From: Podarcis liolepis
Taxonomy: Eukaryota
Assembly: GCA_965112155.1 (NCBI GenBank)
Contig: OZ218101.1
Reading direction: 5' to 3' (one strand)
DNA length: 64,000 nt
Made by a program: the position numbers and the translations under genes. Positions 61,107 to 64,000 of this stretch are shown one piece after another. Every line of letters starts with the position of its first letter. Within the stretch, counting starts at the first letter, position 1. The notes beneath the pieces are model-generated. The model was given only the letters and a program-made list of their open reading frames with translations, had not been told where the DNA came from and did not search any database.

Positions 61107-62849
61107 AAATTGGTGAGACTTACTTCTAAGTAATCCTGTGTAAGATTGGGCTCCAAATATCACTTCTCATAATATGGTCACTGTATGGTGACTCTTGAAA
61201 TTTCTTAATACAGCAGCTATTCACAGCAAGCTTTTCATGTATCCTGGACCCATCTCTATAATGTAATTCATTTCTATGCCACTGACACCAAACATTGTTA
61301 GCAATGCCTAATGGAGGCTAACTTGGTGGTGAAAGCTGATCTGTGCATGCTGGTAGAACCGAAGGGGCTACTGTGGGAAACAGCCACCAAGTAGAAACAC
61401 TTCCACCTGCAATATTGTGGGAACCTGCTTTGCTCTGGTTTGCACCACGGAACTAACTTTTTCATACTTTTCAAAATGGTTGTGTTTAAGTGGCTAGAAC
61501 TGATGGAAATCAGCCAAATGTTCTGGACTGGTGCATGCATTACCGTTGCCAAATGTTGGGATCAGTGCTCTGACCTCTAATTTATTTTAGGCAAATTAAT
61601 TTGCTTGATGGAAGAAAACGTCACTGCAATCATTTCTTTTTGGCAACAACGCCATCATACAACCATACTTTGTAAGGAACAAATGCATATTTGGTGGGAT
61701 TGCTAAGTTGTCTGAAACGCTTGTGCATGTGCATTTGCCCTTGCTGTTGTGCTGCTAGATCCAAATAATGACAGCAGGCTGACATACGTCAGTGCTGAGG
61801 AACCTGGTGCCCTTCAACTCACATCATTCTTGACCATTGGCCATGTGGGCTGAGGCTGGTGGGAGCTGGATTAAGACAACATCAGGAAACCAACAACGTT
61901 CCCATTCCTGTTAAACATGGTTCTCTTTCCCTTCCCTATTCCATCATCACAGCAGCTATGTGAGGCAGGTAAGGCTGAGAGACAGTGACTGGCCCAAAGG
62001 CACACAGTTAACTTGACAGCTAAGTGGGAATTATAACTCGGGTCTCCTCAGTTCTAGTCTGAAACTCTAACCACTACTGTATATCATTGTATTCATTTTG
62101 TGAGTACCATTAATTCAAGAAGGATGTTGACAAATTGGGAAAGCTGCAGGAAAGGGAGAGAAGTGCCTACATTAATCACTGGAAGAAAGCACGAGAAGTA
62201 CAGTAATAAAAAGAAAAGAAAACACTGTGAGACAAATTTAATACAGATCAAGTCGTTCAGACATTATAAAAGTTGTGTGCCACAACAGCCGGTAATCTAG
62301 TCAAGGGAAGCTATCAGGTAGTGATCACTTTGTAACTAGGTTAGTTTCAGCGAAAATGATGGGGCAAAGAGGCAGCGACTGATCCAAAGTCACCCAATGA
62401 GCTTTGTAGCTGAATGGAATCCCACTTGCTTAAGATATGTAGAGGATGTTATAAGAATAGTCTTCTGATTTATGGCTGGTTGATCTGTGGGAACCCCTCT
62501 CCCCCCACCCCAAACCCTTGGTCAATGAAAGTTTTGTTTTTACCAAGGTTGTTTTTTTAAAATGCAAATAAAAAAGTAATGCGTCAGGTATTTCTGCCTG
62601 TGAATTATTATTTTTAACCCCCTCAATACATCACACTGAAGTTGCTAAACAATTCCCGCTGAAAATAAGGCAATTTGAACGTTTAGGGGCTTGGTTCCTC
62701 AGTAAGCCTAACTGCTAAATCATGAACACACCCACAACACAAACTTTTCAACAAATTGTACCACCAACAGCGCAATCCTCTGCAGGTCAACCCCATGGAG
62801 TTCAACAGAGCCTACCTAAAAAAAACAGAAATACTGTACACATTCCTAA

Positions 62850-63620
62850 AAGAGCAACGGCCGGCAACGCCCTCTCTCGGCGGCAACCTCCCTTCCTAGG
62901 CGGCTGAATCTCCGCTTGCGGCTCCCCATCGACGTCACCAGCCCGCATGGGCATGACGTCATGGTGCAACGCCATGATGTCATGGTGCAGAGCCCGGGCC
63001 GCTCAGCAACTTGCAGAGGGGGCGCTGATGCTGGAAACGGACCTTCTTCGTCGTCGTGGTCCCCTCCCGTCCATCTCCGGGGGGCAGAGCCAGGCAGGAG
63101 CAACAACCGCTCAAATTTGGACTGCGGGGCTTTTGGTGCCAGAGGGCGCTGAGATCTCAGTTGCAGCAGCAGCAACTGGAGGAGGAGCTCCGTAGTTCAG
63201 GGCGGATCCCGCGGAGAGATCAGCCGCCGGTTTCAGGAACGCGGAGAAGGAGCCGGGTCGGCGAGGCGTTGGACGTCCTTCTCGGGGTTGGCACCACCAC
63301 CGCCGCCCGGACATGAGGATGACGGTCGCTGCGGCGGGGGACGGGGGCTCCCCCAATCCAGGGCCCGCGGCGGTGTCGCTGGGTCTCAGTGTGGCCGTGG
63401 TCTCCAGCCTGGTGAATGGATCCACGTTTGTGCTGCAAAAGAAAGGGATCGTGCGCGCTAGAGGACGAGGTAGGGGGCGGGCATTTTTTGGGGGACACAC
63501 ACACCTCCTACGGGCCTTTTCGCCCCGATCCCTCTTCCTGGACCACGGTTGTGGGTCGGTTATTATTTGCACCCAGGACCACCTCCTCCCCTCCAGTGTG
63601 GAGGTGGGGGGGCGCACCCC
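62850..63620 (+). promoter_or_regulatory. NIPA1 CpG-island promoter with clustered CRE/ATF-like sites
   Basis: CpG-rich; TCGACGTCA 62929-62937, palindromic CATGACGTCATG 62952-62963, CATGATGTCATG 62973-62984. Confidence 0.75.
63313..63469 (+). CDS. NIPA1: NIPA1 magnesium transporter, first coding exon
   Basis: [52 protein letters not shown] matches the NIPA1 N-terminus ([30 protein letters not shown]); phase-1 donor G|GTAGGG at 63470. Confidence 0.93.
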
Positions 63621-64000
63621 ATGCTTCAAAACACATCCTCGCCAGCCCCTGTTTTCCTGCCTAGCACCCCAATGCTGTTCAGGGGTTCCATGATTTCCCT
63701 GCTATCCGATCCTATCTCGTCTAACAGGCATCATGTTCATTAATTCCTATGCTCCTAGGAGTTGGGTGTTAGAGGGAGGGGGTGCGGCTGTGTGTGGGCA
63801 GGAATGTGACCAAGGGGCGGGGGGGGGGGAGAGAAATCTCTGTCCAATGCAGTAGCACTGCTCCTTGTCTGCACTTGAAGAAGAGCATCTTTGGAGCCTG
63901 TGGGCAGGTTCGTGGCCGCTGCAGGCAGTGCCTGAATTTAACTCCGTCGCCTGCCCAGCCCCTCCAGCTACAGTCTTTGCAACTCCTCCCCGTGGGCTGG

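Noticed and set aside
63470-63693. Continuation of the 126-aa NIPA1 ORF past ...IVRARGR
   Set aside because: Similarity to NIPA1 stops at the G|GTAGGG donor; the rest is intron read-through.
1-64000. Prokaryotic systems (CRISPR arrays, operons, defence islands)
   Set aside because: The sequence is clearly intron-rich vertebrate DNA, and there is no regularly spaced repeat-spacer array.

Overview
Vertebrate (squamate, probably lacertid lizard) genomic DNA, judged from Sauria SINEs, Bov-B LINEs with (CAA)n tails and tRNA/CR1-type squamate SINEs. The minus strand from about 54.1 kb to the left edge carries the 5' half of HERC2, a giant HECT E3 ubiquitin ligase. I mapped a non-coding exon 1 in a CpG island and 49 coding exons (exons 2-50; 8,023 nt, about 2,674 codons). 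Their splice phases chain without a frameshift and cover the RCC1-like domain 1, cytochrome-b5-like, MIB/HERC2, UBA-like and CPH regions. The gene runs off the left edge. One intron (827-925) is a non-canonical GC-AG intron. About 9 kb upstream, head-to-head on the plus strand, are the CpG island and first coding exon of NIPA1, whose polyalanine tract is only 3 residues. Introns are dense with transposable elements (hAT and Tc1/mariner MITEs, Bov-B, L1, L2, CR1, RTE, SINEs, a possible solo LTR), and there is one 190-nt assembly gap. The most striking feature is a young 1,427-bp non-autonomous hAT element in HERC2 intron 4 (38444-39870; perfect 15-bp TIRs, perfect 8-bp TSD). Its interior looks like a captured host CpG-island promoter: two divergent ZNF143/SBS-like motifs, a Kozak ATG opening a 17-codon exon that ends in CAG|GTAGGG, and intron-like sequence with a GC-shifted old SINE. 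It is a candidate vertebrate 'Pack-hAT' carrying a promoter plus first exon in the same orientation as HERC2. Most long ORFs in the supplied track are spurious, or are exons running into introns.
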